Source: a virus
Length of the DNA stretch: 5,668 nucleotides
Reading direction: 5' to 3' (one strand)
IMG/VR virus record: IMGVR_UViG_3300032116_005938
Coordinates: 1-5,668 of that record
Position 1 is the first letter of the stretch. Every line of letters starts with the position of its first letter. The notes beneath the pieces are model-generated. The model had not been told where the DNA came from. It did not search any database and saw nothing but the letters and a program-made list of their open reading frames with translations. The position numbers and the translations under genes are program-made. Below are positions 5,238 to 5,668 of this stretch, piece after piece.

Positions 5238-5555
5238 TTAAAGACTAATATCCCCCGCGTCCGTATCAGACGGACCCGCGTGATAAAGTTGAAACATAGT
5301 TAGGAATTCTTCATAGGGAGTATCAATAACATAAGTATCCCCATGGTCGGTAAATATAGTCGTACAATTATACACCATCTCTTCCTCGTCATCCGTGGTG
5401 AGCTTACAGGCAATAACTACATCTATATGAAAAGCAAAAGACAGCCACTTACCTTTATCAGGTATACCCATTAGATCAGCTTTCTCTATATCTATCGTGT
5501 GGCAATGGATGTTACAAGTGTGTATCATAGACTTTGGTTTTATGTCAGGGTACAA
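5238..5555 (-). CDS. Hypothetical protein, 105 aa (start is TTG at 5555, or ATG at 5528 giving 96 aa)
   Basis: This is the first ORF after the non-coding upstream region. The codon at 5555..5553 is TTG, and the first ATG is codon 10. The 3' end carries a GC-rich hairpin. I recognise no family. Confidence 0.65.
   Translation of the reverse strand: MYPDIKPKSMIHTCNIHCHTIDIEKADLMGIPDKGKWLSFAFHIDVVIACKLTTDDEEEMVYNCTTIFTDHGDTYVIDTPYEEFLTMFQLYHAGPSDTDAGDISL
5256..5280 (-). other. GC-rich stem-loop embedded in the last codons of the 105-aa gene
   Basis: The plus strand CGCGTCCGT-ATCAG-ACGGAC-CC-GCG gives 6 contiguous bp plus 3 more across a 2-nt bulge. It is built from GC-rich codons (GCG GGT CCG ... 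ACG GAC GCG GGG) that are unusual in this AT-rich block. On the mRNA it is followed by U/A-rich sequence and the TAA stop. Confidence 0.35.
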
Positions 5556-5583
5556 TTAAATATACCTAAAAAGTTTAAACTCT

Positions 5584-5591
5584 CCAAATTT
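5584..5591 (-). promoter_or_regulatory. Candidate Bacteroidota-type -7 promoter element (TAAATTTG matches TAnnTTTG)
   Basis: The minus strand reads ..AATAATAAGTAAATTTGGAGAGTTTAAAC.. about 29 nt upstream of the TTG start at 5555. This is the only sizeable non-coding stretch in the window. I found no convincing -33 TTTG at the proper spacing. Confidence 0.25.
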
Positions 5592-5668
5592 ACTTATTAT
5601 TACCTATTACTCTATACCCCCATTTATCAACAGCTGTGCATAACCCCCCCCGGTTGTATATTTCCGGT

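Noticed and set aside
5613-5653. G-quadruplex on the minus strand (G5 and G8 runs)
   Set aside because: Only two G-runs are present within the window. The four tracts needed for an intramolecular quadruplex cannot be assembled.
1-5668. CRISPR array, tandem or direct repeats, transposase, integrase or att-like sites
   Set aside because: Scanning both strands by eye, I found no spaced repeat units. I found no inverted terminal repeats flanking a gene. No ORF carries recombinase or transposase motifs. The block is continuous, co-oriented phage-type coding sequence.

Overview
The window is an AT-rich, very compact block in which every credible gene lies on the minus strand. Gene junctions are of the TAATG, ATGA and TAAATG type. 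The content looks like a tailed-phage or prophage segment. Reading in the direction of transcription (high to low coordinates), it holds nine CDSs, then three tRNA genes, then two more CDSs. The first nine are two small hypothetical genes, a GNAT acetyltransferase, a possible winged-helix protein, an HU/IHF-like protein, an 8-Cys small protein, a PD-(D/E)XK (RecB/Cas4-type) nuclease, a 207-aa unknown and a 170-aa unknown that may be a small terminase. A cluster of three tRNA genes follows with no spacer. After it come a 77-aa ORF and the N-terminal ATPase half of a large terminase. The terminase ORF is missing from the supplied track because it runs off the window at position 1 and starts with GTG. 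The tRNAs are a normal class II tRNA-Leu(UAG), a textbook initiator tRNA-fMet (C1xA72 mismatch, three G-C pairs at the base of the anticodon stem), and a 95-nt class II tRNA-like gene. That third gene is the most unusual object here: its anticodon loop breaks the U33 and purine-37 rules and its variable arm is 26 nt. Start codons are preceded by A-rich sequence rather than Shine-Dalgarno motifs, and the upstream non-coding end carries a TAnnTTTG motif. By inference, this points to a Bacteroidota-type host. No CRISPR array, transposase or integrase was seen. All functional calls come from motif recognition by eye, since no searches could be run.
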